Both the position numbers and the translations under genes were made by a program. Source: Orbicella franksi (lineage: Eukaryota). From it: DNA of 64,000 nucleotides. The stretch spans positions 10,726,001 through 10,790,000 of the forward strand of contig OZ116709.1 of assembly GCA_964199315.1 (NCBI GenBank), in the 5' to 3' direction. Shown in pieces: positions 39,601 through 51,833 of this stretch. Under the pieces are notes generated by a model. The model saw nothing but the letters and a program-made list of their open reading frames with translations, was not told the origin of the DNA and did not search any database. How positions within the stretch are numbered: the stretch's first letter is position 1; each line of letters begins with the position of its first letter.

Positions 39601-40374
39601 AAATTTCCAGAGTCCTGGTCCCCGAGGAGGTTTGTTGGGCCAAGATAGCGAAATATAAATTGCGTTATGGTCAGGTGCGATAGCATGGTAAATTTCCGAA
39701 TTCTTTACATCCCCAGAGAGATTTTTTGCAATTAAGAAAAAGTCAATCCTAGATTTAAGTTTAAGAGATTTTGATTCGTACGTGAATTTGCGTAACTTTG
39801 GATGTCGCATTCTTTGAATATCCACTAAGTCAAACATTTCCATTGTTGTCAGAATGAGATTACGGTAACCGGACGGTTTCCACGGTGCACCTCCGATCTT
39901 ATCTTTTTTTGATAAAGTACAATTCCAGTCTCCCCCGACAATTAGCGAGGTGAGCTCTGATTTATCGATTATGCAATTGTTGAGCTCTTGCATGAATTGG
40001 AGTTGATTAGCCTGGTCATTAGGTGCGTAAATATTGCACAGTGATAGTTTTTGTCCATTAAGAGTGACTGTAATAAGCACTATTCTGCCCGAGTCATCGG
40101 CATAAGAATAATCAACTTTTGGTTGTACAAAGGGATCAATTAAAATACACACACCTTTACTATGCGTGGTGCCATGTGAGAAAAATAGCTCGCCACCCCA
40201 TTCTCTTCTCCAAATATTTTCATCGGCTCGTGCTGAATATGTTTCTTGTAAAAAATAAATGTTTGCTTTTTGATCTTTTAGGTATGAAAATATACTCCTC
40301 CTCTTGATTTGATCTCTGATTCCCCGAACGTTCAATGATAAGACGTCAAATTTGGACAAACTACCCGCATTCAT
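36649..40374 (-). pseudogene. LINE ORF2 (AP endonuclease, reverse transcriptase, C-terminal zinc knuckle), inactivated
   Basis: SLNVRGI..LQET, GDWN, SRIDFFL.DH, QGCPLSP and QFADD motifs. Lesions: an extra A in the run near 39185, an in-frame TGA at 38613-38615 (probably from CGA), and a 1-bp deletion near 36935 in the C..H...C region. Confidence 0.9.
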
Positions 40375-40591
40375 ATTACACGATAGAAAAGAAAAAAAGG
40401 AATTAAATTACGAGAAAAAAAAAAAAAATACAAAAACTCACGAAAGTATAGACAATCCAGACAACGCACACAGACAAATACACACAACAATACAAAAGAG
40501 AACAACTAAACCTTTTGCAAGTAGGGTAAAGAGATAAGTCACAGTTTCAAACAGAGTCCGTCCCCTCTCCCAAAATAATTCTAAAAGCAGG

Positions 40592-41482
40592 CTACAGATT
40601 CTCGAGGTCCTCTAATTCGATGATTTTGATGGGTTTCCCTTTCGGCGAAGTCTTCACGTAAATTGTTCCGTCCATCGACCATGCGCTCAATAGCTCGCCA
40701 TCTCTACGTTTCTCGTTAGCTCTCGACATGATGCGGCGACGATAGGAAGTTAAGTTTTCGTTGATGAAGATCCTTGTCGTCTGTACTTTCGTTGCGTAAG
40801 AGGAGTCGGGGAAGAGGTCGGCCAGTTTGACGTGTTTAAGTTTTGTTCTAGCTCTGTAGAGATTCGTCTTGGCTTTGTGACTAATAAATTTTGCAATTAT
40901 TGCTTTGTTGCCCCGAGTATTTAATTTATGGGAAATTTCAATGTCATCGGAGTTGACAGGAACCTCTAGCGCTTCTGCTACCTTTAGGAAGGCCTCTTCT
41001 GTGGAGTTGTACGCGCTTTCTGGAATTCCATGGAATTCAAGAGAGTTTTTCCTGGTATACTGTTCTAAACGGTCTTGGAGGTCGTAAAGCTCTGCTATTT
41101 CCTCTTGTTGTTCATTTATTCGTTTCTTCGCATCGTCGAGCTCTTTCTCCGTAGCTGCAAACTGTGTCCTGGCTTTAGTGAGTTGTTTCTTGAGGTCCAC
41201 AATCTCACTTTGCTGTTTGTTTACAGTGGATTTTAGTTCTTTTACGTCTTCGCTGATTTTCTTGTTTTCCAATAGAATATTATTGACTGTGATTTGTATA
41301 TCTACCAACATCTCTTTTAAGTCCGTTAGACTGGGTTCTTTGTTGTGGTTTTCGGTGGTTGGAGGTTCCGTTGCGAAGGTTTCGCCTTCGACAGCCGCCA
41401 TGTTGGTTCGCTTGGAATCTGACTGTCCTTCTTCAATGGAGCCACGTTCACCACGTTTATGCTTTCGACCTCTTCCAGTCAT
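40592..41482 (-). CDS. LINE ORF1 protein (coiled coil plus RRM-like region), 296 aa, open
   Basis: Long heptad-rich segment followed by LEQYTRKNSLEFHGIPES, typical of non-LTR ORF1; it lies upstream of ORF2. Confidence 0.85.
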   Translation of the reverse strand: MTGRGRKHKRGERGSIEEGQSDSKRTNMAAVEGETFATEPPTTENHNKEPSLTDLKEMLVDIQITVNNILLENKKISEDVKELKSTVNKQQSEIVDLKKQLTKARTQFAATEKELDDAKKRINEQQEEIAELYDLQDRLEQYTRKNSLEFHGIPESAYNSTEEAFLKVAEALEVPVNSDDIEISHKLNTRGNKAIIAKFISHKAKTNLYRARTKLKHVKLADLFPDSSYATKVQTTRIFINENLTSYRRRIMSRANEKRRDGELLSAWSMDGTIYVKTSPKGKPIKIIELEDLENL

Positions 41483-42770
41483 ATGATTGTATCGTGGGTC
41501 ATTCCCTGCTCGTTAATACTAAAAAGATTGATTACTTTCACATTGAAGGGAAAAGTATTGGGGACGTAGACTGCTGCATTAAAACGCGTGCCTCGCGCTA
41601 CGTCCACGCATGCCCCGTCCACGCATTACTGTTGATGGAAACTGCACAAGCAAACTGAACCAAGAACTCAGTGCGCCACCAGCGGGCAGAATCGAATTGT
41701 TCTCTGCTTTGAACATTTTTCTATCGATCGCCGCATCTCTGGGCAATGTTCTGATCCTTATTGCTCTTCATAAAGTCTCTTTTATTCATCATCCGACGAA
41801 ACTTTTCTTTCGATGTCTGGCGGTCACTGATCTTGGAGTTGGCGTTTTTGCGCAGTCACTCTGCGTAGCCTTCGTTATGTCTCCCTTGATAAATATGAAT
41901 GACCATGATATTTTCCATGTTCTCCAAGTACGTTATTTTTTAAGCTGGTGTTTGTGTGTAGTATCTCTGTCGACGTCGGCCGCAGTACGTTTGGCAGACT
42001 TCTCGCCCTGTTGTTGGGACTGAGATACAGACATGTCGTAACATTAAGACGAGCTTATGCAGTTATAATTTGTTTTTGGTTAATTGGCGCTTTAACTGTA
42101 TGGGCTCGGACCCAAAGTATTGATTTTGCTAACGAGGAAACCTTTGTTTTTTTGACACTTTTTCTTGTAATTATGATTTTCTGCTACAAGAAGATCCACC
42201 TCAAATTACGACATCAACAAGCTCAGCTACATAACAATGTCCCCTAAGGCCCGTTCGCAATCGGAAGAGGGACTCCACTGTATATAGCAAGAAACAAAAA
42301 GACAGTTTGTAGCATATTGTGGGTGCAGTTGGCTTTAGTTACCTGCTATGTTCCGTCGTTCAGTTTAATCGTGCTTCGTGCAAATCGAATAGGTTGTGAG
42401 ATCCACGGAGACTCTAGTCTTCCTAAACTCGTCTCTAAACCCGATCCTGTATTGCTGGAAGGTCCGAGAGGTAAAACAAGCAGTGAGAAACACGATCAGA
42501 CAGTTTTGCTGTTTTTAACAGCTAAACTGATTTATTCCTTGTAGCACCAAAATTCACCTGTTTTCAATCGAGTGTAGCTAGTTTGGTAAATGAAACGTCA
42601 CATTTATAATTCCAGCTTTTAAATTATTATATGACTTGCTTGTTTGAGCTCATTTATCAAAAGTTTAAAAGCTCCCTTCATTGAAAAATTTAATCTAAGT
42701 TGAAAGATCTAATCTTATACAAAAATAAAAGCACAAACCTCTTAAATTAGCGCCATACATACAAATTGTT

Positions 42771-43099
42771 AATAAAGATGGTGAATTTTAAGCTCGGTAA
42801 TGAAATGTGAAGGTGAATTAATCAATGATTAATTTACCTTCACATTTCACTACCGAGCTTAAAATTCACCATCTTTATTAACTTATCACTACTCACGATG
42901 ACTTCGATAGTGTTCATCCTAGCAGTACGCAGGACGCCTGTCATATATGAACTCAGTTAAATGACCTTGTTCTCCATGAGTTCTCGTAACTCAATGGATA
43001 GAGCGCCCGTCCGGTGTTCGGGAGGTCATGGGTTCGATTCCTGTCGTGGGACTCTTTGTCCCACGCTCGTGTCATGTTGATTAATTCACCTTAACATTT
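42771..43099. mobile_element. tRNA-containing SINE-like insertion with a 56-bp-arm hairpin and 13-bp TSD
   Basis: CATACAAATTGTT at 42758-42770 and 43100-43112; arms 42769-42824 and 42826-42881 (54/56 complementary); A/B-box-like gtaactcaatggatagagc and gggttcgattcc at about 42985-43045. Confidence 0.8.
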
Positions 43100-43873
43100 C
43101 ATACAAATTGTTGCTTCTACTGCAGGGAAATCCCGCCCATTCCGCACCGGGTGTCTCCAGTATTTGGCATTATTACTCGCTGAAGAACTGGGTACCACTT
43201 CTAAAAATAGCTTGAGAGGGGCTATTTTAATAATAAGGCCTATATAGTGCAATAACTATATTACCCTTCATTCTCTCTTGCTGTTAATCAATACATTTAT
43301 ACACGTACGACGCATCATCGACTACAATTCAAACAAAAGCGATAATGAAGAATATTTCAACACTCAAGTCGGATGTGTTATTGTGGAAATTAAACAATAT
43401 CTTTATTTTTAATTACGAAGATGGAGTGGAATCTGCAGCCCTCAATATATATGTCACAGCTTAAAGTGCGCCTGTTCATTTGCGAAAGCTTTGTATTAAC
43501 ATATTTAAAAGATGCTATTATTCCGGTCTTTATTCTTATTTTATTAACTTTACGACGAAAAATAACAGCTGGGAAAAAAAATAATGCAATCGAAATGTCA
43601 TTCCAAAGCAAATCATAAGCACATCGATGATGAACTTTTCAGAACAAACTTCACTGTAAGTAAAAAAAAAAAAACAATTGACGAATAAAGGCATTTGAAA
43701 GCGGAAATGGTACAAAGCTCAGGCTATTATAAAACGTTAGCACACAGTCAATTAACAATACTTCATCAGCGACATATAAAATTGTCAACCCGTTATCAGC
43801 TACAAGCTGAAAATGTTCATAGTTAAGCATCGAATTCAGAACATGGTTTGATGTTCTTATCGTCACTAGGCTG

Positions 43874-44798
43874 ATGGTGGACATTATTGGAGATTATTGG
43901 AAACTTCACAACTCTACTCTACTGAACCAAGCATTCAGCTCACCAAAAGCTGCCATAATTGAGTTGTTCTCAGCTTTGAACATTTTCTTATCCATCACAG
44001 CATTTGTAGGCAATGCTCTGAACCTTATTGATACATAATGTCACTTCTATTCATCCTCCAACGAAACTTTTCTTTCGATGTCTGGTGCTCACTGATCTTG
44101 GAGCTGACCTTCTCGCGCAACCACTCCTTCTAACCACCATTATGTCTCCCTTGATAAAGATGAATTTTCATAATGTTTTCTATGTTTTTCACTTAGTAGG
44201 TCTTAATTTTAGCTGGTGTTTGTGTAATGTATGTATCTTGACGTCGGCTGCAGTAAGTGTGGACTCGCCCTGTTGTTGCATTGGGACTGAGATACAGACA
44301 TGTAGTAACGTTAAGGCGAGTTCGTGTAGTTATAATTTGTTTTTGGTTAATTGGTGCTTTAGCCGGATCGTTTCAAATGCAGAGAACTGGTTTAGCCTAC
44401 AAGGGAGTCGTTGTTATTTTGACACTTTTTCTAGTAACTACGATTTTCCGCGACACGAAGATCCACGTCAAGCTAAGACATCAACTAGCCCAGCTACATA
44501 ACAATGTCCCCCAAGAACGATGGGAATTGGTGGAGGGACTCCACTGAATATAGTAAGGTACAAAAAGATAGTTTCTAGAATATTGTGGGTGCAGTTGGCT
44601 TTAGTTACCTGTTATATTCTGTTTATATTTGGCATTGCGCTCATGGTATCTGCAAATGGAACAAGTTACGTAGCTTGGAGAGCCACGGAGACCCAAGTCT
44701 ACCCAAATTCGTCCTTAAACCCGATCCTGAATTGTTGTAAGATCCGAGAAGTAAAATAGTCAGTAAGGGACGAGATCAGACAGTTTCATTGTTTTTAA
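43874..44798 (+). pseudogene. GPCR copy 5 (type B) pseudogene
   Basis: Recognisable TM1-TM7 pieces in several frames, a premature TGA near 43970 and TAG at 44757. Confidence 0.85.
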
Positions 44799-45597
44799 GA
44801 GACTAATTTATTCCTTGTAGCATTAAATTATTACCTTGTTCAGATCCAGACTGGCTAGTTTGGTAAATTTAACGCTGCATTTATAATTTAAGTTTTTCAA
44901 CTTATGTCTGACTAGCTCGTTTGAACTCATTCATCAAAAGTTTCAACGCTCCTTTCATTGAGTATTTAATCTCATTTGAAGGATTTGGGCTTATGAAAAA
45001 TAAAAGCCCAAACTTTTTAAATTAGCAGCAGGCAGTGAAACTGTTGCTTCCATTGCAGGCAAAGCCATCCGGCGCTGCCTTTCTCCAGTACTTACAGTCG
45101 AACGGGAGTGCCAATTTACATACCAGGGGACAAAGAGTCGTTTGGAGATTATAGCGCTCTCTCTGCAAAACAACATGACACGACAGGACACAAAGAAACA
45201 TCACACGAGAAGACGACAAACACAAGGACAGGCGCTACGTTCAAAGGCGCAAAAAGCAAAACATGGAACTTTGATGATTAGGCCTTGAACTTGGCGCAAT
45301 GATTTATTTCAGTTGAAAGCGTTTTTGTAACCGAACCAGAAGTTTCTTTTCAAATGACACAATGTTCAGGTTTAAATATATTGAAAAATTAACTTAAACT
45401 TAACCAAGTTTTGACTTCCTCGGGAGGTACTGTGACCTGAAGAGGCTGTTAACTTTTCAGACGATAATTTGCTCTTAATTCCTCTGGTGAAAATCAGTGA
45501 AATAAAAGACCTCTAACTAGTTATTTAGTCTAAGACGTCTGAGTGGCATGTGTAGATTTGTTACTTGTGTACATTTTGTGGGGATAGCCTCGTTTAA

Positions 45598-46653
45598 AGG
45601 TGGCCGAACACAGTTTTCGCGCGCGCTTTTGCTGATGCAATTCAGCGCGCGCACAAGGATTGCAAAAAAACAAACATGCCGTCAATAGAGCGATAATTTT
45701 TTTTTACTCAACGCCCGCACTATCTGTACTATTTTTCTCAATAATTGAACGCAGTGTATTGATGGCTTTAGTCTTTTATTACAAAGATATGTTAAAAAAC
45801 GTACCGATGCAAAGAACCCAGCAATTCTAAGCTTTTTCTTTATTGGATAATTTTCTAAGCTTTTTCTTTATGGATAATTAGAATATTTGTATATTTGTAT
45901 TTGTATTTGTATTTGTATTTGTATTTGTATTTGTATATTTGTATATATATTTTAAATTTTAATAAGTGGGGACATCCCTAGTATGGTGCCATTGCGCTTT
46001 TGGTTGTCTCCTTCTCCACTGCTTTTTGTTTGTTTTTTTTGTTTTTAGTTAGTTGTTTTAAATTTTCATAATGTATTCGTATTGTATGGAGTAAATTGTA
46101 ATAAATGTAAATGTAAATGTAAATATTACCGAAAGAACCCAGTTAAATGCAGCGCATGCGTAGTAGGTCAAAAAATTGCGATTGAATGAAAAATTGCACT
46201 CTTGGAAATACGCCCATTTCTCGAGAACAACTCATCAGAATTTCACGAAATTTGGCACGAAAATACTTCAGGAAATAAGTAACTGGAGTGTTGAAAAAAA
46301 TTGAACTTTAACAAAGGAAATTCTAGATCTTCCAGTGAACCTTCAAGAAGGGATAATTAAAGATCTCTGTTAAATTATTATTAAAATAGTGTTAACTTTT
46401 GAGCATCATTACAAGCTTGTTGCACGCAAATTATAAAGAAAATCTAATGACGAGAATAAACAAAACTGATTTTAAAGGCCTCTTTCTATTTATTCATGTT
46501 GCCATGGCAACGGCACATACGTCAGCTTCACTATCAAAAAACCGAAGTTTGCGTTGCTAACTTGCTGGCTGCCATTTTTGGCGACCAAGGGATCAAGGGT
46601 TTTAAAGAAAAAGGTGAATGAAACACAGGTATCAAAAACTCTGTTCAGCCACC
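45598..46653. mobile_element. TTAA-flanked non-autonomous DNA transposon (Kolobok-like), with a nested microsatellite-bounded insert at about 45884-46125
   Basis: TTAA at 45594-45597 and 46654-46657; TIR aggtggccgaacacagttt versus aaactctgttcagccacc. Empty sites occur at about 35575 and 61365. Confidence 0.75.
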
Positions 46654-47615
46654 TTAAAACTGTACTGTAGCCCGTCATTTGTACTCAGGCCTTCCCGGAA
46701 GGAAGCATGTCACGTCACATCCGGGCTCCCTAGATTCAGTTAGTTGTTGTGAACCTCGTGGTAGAAAGTAGTTTACCTTTCGTATCTGCTTCGTGTTGTT
46801 CAGTGGCTATCATGCAAGCCAATACTTACACAGTTTTTTGCGTTCTCAGAAATGATAGAATGAAGCTGATTTATATAAGCAGCTCTTAGCCTACTCAATA
46901 CATTTATCAGCTACAGTTCAGACAAAAGTAACTGAAAAGAATATTTCAATAATCAAACAGGAGGTATTATTGGGAACATCAGAAAAATATCTTTATTGTC
47001 AATTATCAAGATGAAGAGGTATATGCAGCTCTAAAAAGCCCTAAATGTCACAGCGTAAGGTGCTCCTGTTCTTCTCAAAAAACTGTGCCTTAAGATACTT
47101 CTTAATAGATGCTAAATTCTCTCTCTCGGCTAAAATAATAGAGCAATCTTGGATGCATTTATTACTTTCAGTGAAAACAAACATGACTTTGTAGGTTGAC
47201 TGTAAGTGAAAATAATTGAGAAATGGCAACATTTCCAGCGGAAATGCCAAAAAGTGTGGGTTATTGTATAACGTTAGTACACAGTCCATTAACAATGAGT
47301 CCTCTGCGACAAATGAATAAAGTCGTGAATCCGTTATTAACTACAAGCTAAAGGTTTTTGTCATATTAAACAATATGGCAAACGGTATTGGTGATGGAAA
47401 CTTTACAAGCAAGGTATACTACATACTCAGTGCACCACCAGCAGTCGTGATTGAATTGTTCTCAGCCTTGAACATTTTCTTATCCATCATCGCATCTCTT
47501 GGCAATGTTCTGATCCTTATTGCTCTTCATAAAGTCTCTTCTATTTATTCTCCAACTAAACTTTTCTTTCGATGTCTCTCGGTCACTGATCTTTTCGTTG
47601 GACTTACTCTACAAC

Positions 47616-50600
47616 TGTTGTAAGATAGCTTTAGATAAGGCTCAAATACTCAACGCAACGTTAAACACTGTCAACACAATGTCCGACATAAGCCAACTCA
47701 CATGTTCGCGAGATGTGGGGCGGCCCACGAAAACGTAAGGGACTCCCAGAGGGGTACCCACAAGTTAATATTACAACATCTCCCCTCTAACAGGATTCAA
47801 TGAGTCTCTGTGGTTTTTTAACTTGTCGCCCGGATCTGGTTGTAATAGGTGATCGTTCTGCATTTCTTGGTCCTTCTGCTGATTCCATTGGTTCTGGTGC
47901 TGAGTCCTTTATAGAAGGTGATGATGGACATATTGGAGAGTCAGCAGACTGGGGACTTGAAGGAGGATCATGCAGCCGTGGTCTCATTGGATGATCATTT
48001 GGGACTGAGATTATCTGCCCTCGATTTCTTCTATAGACACACCCTCGTTCATCCTGTACTAAGTATGATCGTGGCAACACTTCTGCTTCACGCCATTCTC
48101 TATCTCTATTTGGCCGAATTCGCACCTTGTCCCCAGCTTCAAGTGGAGGCAGATCTCTACTCTGTTTGTCGTAATTCTTCTTAGAGACAAATTGACGTAG
48201 CCGCAGCGCTTTCACTACTCTATCAGGATCCACTCATCCAGCACCTCAACCCTCAGTGGTCTTGGGACGACTATTCGGTCTGATTTAAACAGCAATCCAT
48301 CCTCCACACTCAGCTCTTCCTTAAAACTCCAGTACTCTCTAGCAAGCTCATCAACCTGTTCTTTCTCAGACGGCCACCCTTTCAAGACATACTCCATCAC
48401 TACTCTCGAGGTTTGGTCAATGCTGGAGGTCTCCTTAAATCTCTTCAGTGTGCTGCTTTCAAATCCGAGCTCCTCAATAAGATTGATTCCAATTACATCT
48501 TCTGGTTTACTGACTGGCTCCGTATCACTGAGAGGTGCTCTGCTAAGACAGTCTGAGATGACTTGCTGTTTTCCAGGGACATATCGCACATCAAGATCAT
48601 ACTTGGTAAGTTTCAATAGCATCCTTTGTAGCCTGGGGGGAGCATCATTCAGAGACTTGCGGAAGATAGACTCGAAGGGTTTGTGATCTGTCTCTACAAT
48701 TACTCTGCGTCCATATACATAGGTGTGAAATTTCTGTGCGCCCCAGACGATTGCAAGCAGTTCTCTCTCGATGTTTGCATACCTTTTCTCTCAGTTAGTT
48801 AGTGTTTTGGATCCGAATGCAACCGGCTTGCCGTCCTGTAGGATCACTGCACCAAGGCCTTTACTACTTGCATCTACATTTAGCACTGTTTCCTTGCTGT
48901 GGTCAAAATAAGCTAGTGCAGGTGCACTCGTGATGACTGATTTCAGATTGTCGAAGGCCTCTTGTTGTGGCTTTTCCCAAACAAATGCTGCATCTTTTTG
49001 GGTAAGTTGCGATATGGGTTCTTGTATGTCAGCCTTGTGCTTGATGAATTTGTCCAGGTAATTCACAGTTCCTAGTATGCGAAGTACACCTTCTTTGTCT
49101 TCTGGGGGTGGCATCTCATTAATGGCTCTGATCTTCTCCGGATCTGGTTTCAAACCTTCAGATGAGAACAGGTGTCCAACATAACTTACTTCTGGTACTC
49201 TAAGCTTCACCTTTTTAGGGTTGAACTTCAATCCTACCTCCCTGCTCTTGTCAAGTACTCTTCTCAATTTGTCATCAACTTCAAGCTGATCTTTACCATG
49301 TATCAGGAAATCATCCACTATGATTTCAACAGGAACCCCTTCAAACAGTCTGTCCATCTCCCTTTGGTAGATTCCAGGGGCTGGTGAGATACCAAAAGGG
49401 AGTCTTGTAAATCGGTATCGCCCCCACGGTGTGTTAAAAGTCAAGAGCTTGGAACTCTCCTCATCTACGGGGAGTTGCCAGTATCCAGTGCATGCATCAA
49501 GTGATGTGAAACTCTTTGCACCTGAAAGTCGGTTTGCAACTTCTTCTACGGTAACCATTAGATAATGGGGTCTTTTCAGGGCCTTGTTAAGATCTCTTGG
49601 GTCAATACAAATTCTGACATCATCCTTTGACAGTGGAGTGTCCTTTCTTTTATCCTTCACCTTTCTTTTGTCAATAACTAGCATTGATGAGACCCACGAC
49701 GTAGCCTCATCCTCTTTCACGATAATACCATCTTCTTCCATCTCTTTGAGTTTCTCTCGTGTTGGCTCCAGCATAGCAACTGGAATTTTCCTGGGAGGGT
49801 GAACAACTGAGGGTACTGAAGCATCAACTTCCAGATGTACTTTGTTTGGAAGTGTGCCGGGTTTGTCACTGAAACAATCTGGGTACTCCCTCAATATTGG
49901 GTCCTTCTGGAAGATGGTCTGGTCTCCACGTGCTCTTGGCGTATCCGGCACGGCTGGATTAGGTACTGGTGTATCTATCAGTTGGAGATTCATAAACTGA
50001 AGGACTTCTAAATCCAAGCAGGCATCACATCCCAGTAAGGGTGTAAAGGTCCCGTCAACAACAAGGCACAACAGGTTCATTTGAAGATTCTTGTATTGAG
50101 TTTGAAGGCGTACACAGCCTCTTGGATGAATGGGCTTAGTTGCAAGCCAGCCTTTCAAGGGTTGCTGAATCTTTTGGAGAGGTTTTTTGGAGATTTTCTT
50201 ATACAGATGAAAGGGTATGACGGTAGCCTCTGCACCTGTGTCTGCTTTTACTTCAACATTCTGCCCTTCAATCTTAAGAGTGATAAGGCTCTTTGTTGAT
50301 TTCCTGGAAACGGAAACACTGTCCAGTTCAATAGATCCAAAATAGGTATGTACCTCCTTATTCATATTCTGAGTGTCTAGGTCTGGTGGACTTTCTTGTT
50401 GCAGTAAATCAACTTTCGAACCTTCTTTTACATTCCCTGGGCACACTTGGGCAAAATGACCTTCTTTCTTACACTTTAAGCACTGTTTTCCAAATGCGGC
50501 ACAACGAGATGGTCGAGTAAATGGGTGCTTGTAACCACAAAACTTACAAGAACGAGCAGCTGTCTTGTCAGCTTCTTTTGACTTTCTAACAGGCTGAATT

Positions 50601-51412
50601 CCTAATGAATGCTCAGTTCCAGCACTCGCTTGAATGTTGAACTTGAACTTTTGTAATTCTGAGGCTTCAAAGGTACGACAATAATCATGAGCCTTCTGTA
50701 GGGTTAGATCAGGTTTCTTTAGCAGTTCCCCTCTCAGCTCATCAGATAATACACCTCCCACAATTCGATCTCTTATTAGCGAATCTCGCAGTTCGCCGAA
50801 TTTACATGTTAGCCACAACCGTTTCAGTTCGCTGACAAAGTTATCAACTCGCTCTCCCTCTTTCTGATTACGCTTATTAAACACTAACCTCTCATAAATG
50901 ACATTCCTTGCTCCCTCACAGAGTGCCTTAAATTTGCTGCAAACATCCGCATAACATTCTTTGTCTTCTCCAGCATTGTAAACAAAATGACTATATTTTT
51001 CAATCGCTTCGGGTCCAGCACAGTGAAGTAACATGTTTACCTTCAATTTGTCCGGTTTGTCATCTTTACTTTTCGCCACAAGATAAATTTCAAACTGCAT
51101 TAAAACTTTCTCCAGTTGTCCGCTGCGTTTGCATCGAGCACCAAAGGACCTGGAGTTCTCGTATCTCGCTCAGCCATCGCGGTTTGTAACTCAGCCAAGC
51201 CCTGATAAACTCCTTGCAATCCCTAAAAGGTTTTCACTTCTGACACCATGTTGTAAGATAGCTTTAGATAAGGCTCAAATACTCAACGCAACGTTAAACA
51301 CTGTCAACACAATGTCCGACATAAGCCAACTCACATGTTCGCGAGATGTGGGGCGGCCCACGAAAACGTAAGGGACTCCACAGAGGGGTACCCACAAGTT
51401 AATATTACAACA
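47616..51412 (-). mobile_element. Ty3/Gypsy LTR retrotransposon, 3797 bp, integrase core deleted
   Basis: LTRs 47616-47778 and 51249-51412 (TGTTGTAA...TTACAACA) differ by one indel. TSD ACAAC at 47611-47615 and 51413-51417. PBS TGGTGTCAGAAGTG (51235-51248, tRNA-Leu-like); PPT AGAGGGGAGA (47779-47788). Confidence 0.95.
47787..51177 (-). pseudogene. Gypsy gag-pol (zinc knuckles, DTGA protease, RT, RNase H, integrase C-terminal remnant)
   Basis: ATG at 51177, frameshift near 51102, in-frame TGA at 48791-48793. RPLRVEVLDE joins directly to the post-core region near 48235. Confidence 0.88.
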
Positions 51413-51833
51413 ACAACCACTCTTTGCCATCTATCTCCTGTCTAAGGTGGACGAGAACTTTGCTTACCACTCTTCCGAAGTGGAAACGTTTTAAGTTGGA
51501 TTTTGTGTGGAGTATCTCTCTGTACGTCGACAGCAATTAGTGTGGACAGACTTCTTGCCCTGTTGCTGGGACTGAGATACAGACATGTAGTAACATTAAG
51601 GCGAGTTCGTGCAGTTATAATTTGTTTTTGGGTAATTACTGCTTTCCATGGATCGATCGGGACGTGGAGAAGACATATCACCTTCATATTAGCCTCTATC
51701 TTCTTGCCATATTCGCTGGTAACTTTTTGTTACACAAGGATCCACTTCAAACTACGACAACAGCAAGCCCAAGTACAAAACCATTTCCCTCAAGGACAAG
51801 CGAACGGGGGAGGGATTCCACTGAACATATCAA

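Larger units (their letters stand above)
36384..41623 (-). mobile_element. Full-length L1/Tx1-clade LINE, 5240 bp, with poly(A) tail and 12-bp TSD
   Basis: TSD CATTACTGTTGA at 36372-36383 and 41624-41635; T14 at 36385-36398; ORF1 plus ORF2 (APE-RT-CCHC). Confidence 0.95.
36358..42513 (+). pseudogene. GPCR copy 4 (type B) pseudogene, split by the L1/Tx1 insertion after codon 8
   Basis: MAPANITV at 36358 resumes at 41624. There is a 1-bp deletion in the DRL motif (about 41994), TAA at 42245 and a further deletion near 42390. Confidence 0.9.
47375..51833 (+). pseudogene. GPCR copy 6 (type C) pseudogene: Gypsy insertion in TM2 and 3' end lost at a Sola3-like junction
   Basis: MANGIGDGNFTSK...VGLTLQ at 47375, resuming at 51413 and truncated at IPLNI (51833). 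It closely matches copy 8. Confidence 0.9.

Noticed and set aside
42984-43055. tRNA gene
   Set aside because: It is embedded in a TSD-flanked insertion with an imperfect cloverleaf; treated as tRNA-derived.
45430-45465. Recurrent hairpin ctgaa(g/a)ag-gctgttaa-cttttcag (also about 21840, 33470, 35420, 60880) as a hammerhead ribozyme
   Set aside because: The GAAA core after stem II is missing and CTGANGA is not conserved among copies; it is part of a dispersed repeat within the duplicated unit.
48791-48793. Selenocysteine or programmed readthrough at the in-frame TGA in Gypsy RNase H (also LINE TGA 38613)
   Set aside because: No SECIS was seen, both elements carry other inactivating lesions, and single substitutions explain both stops.
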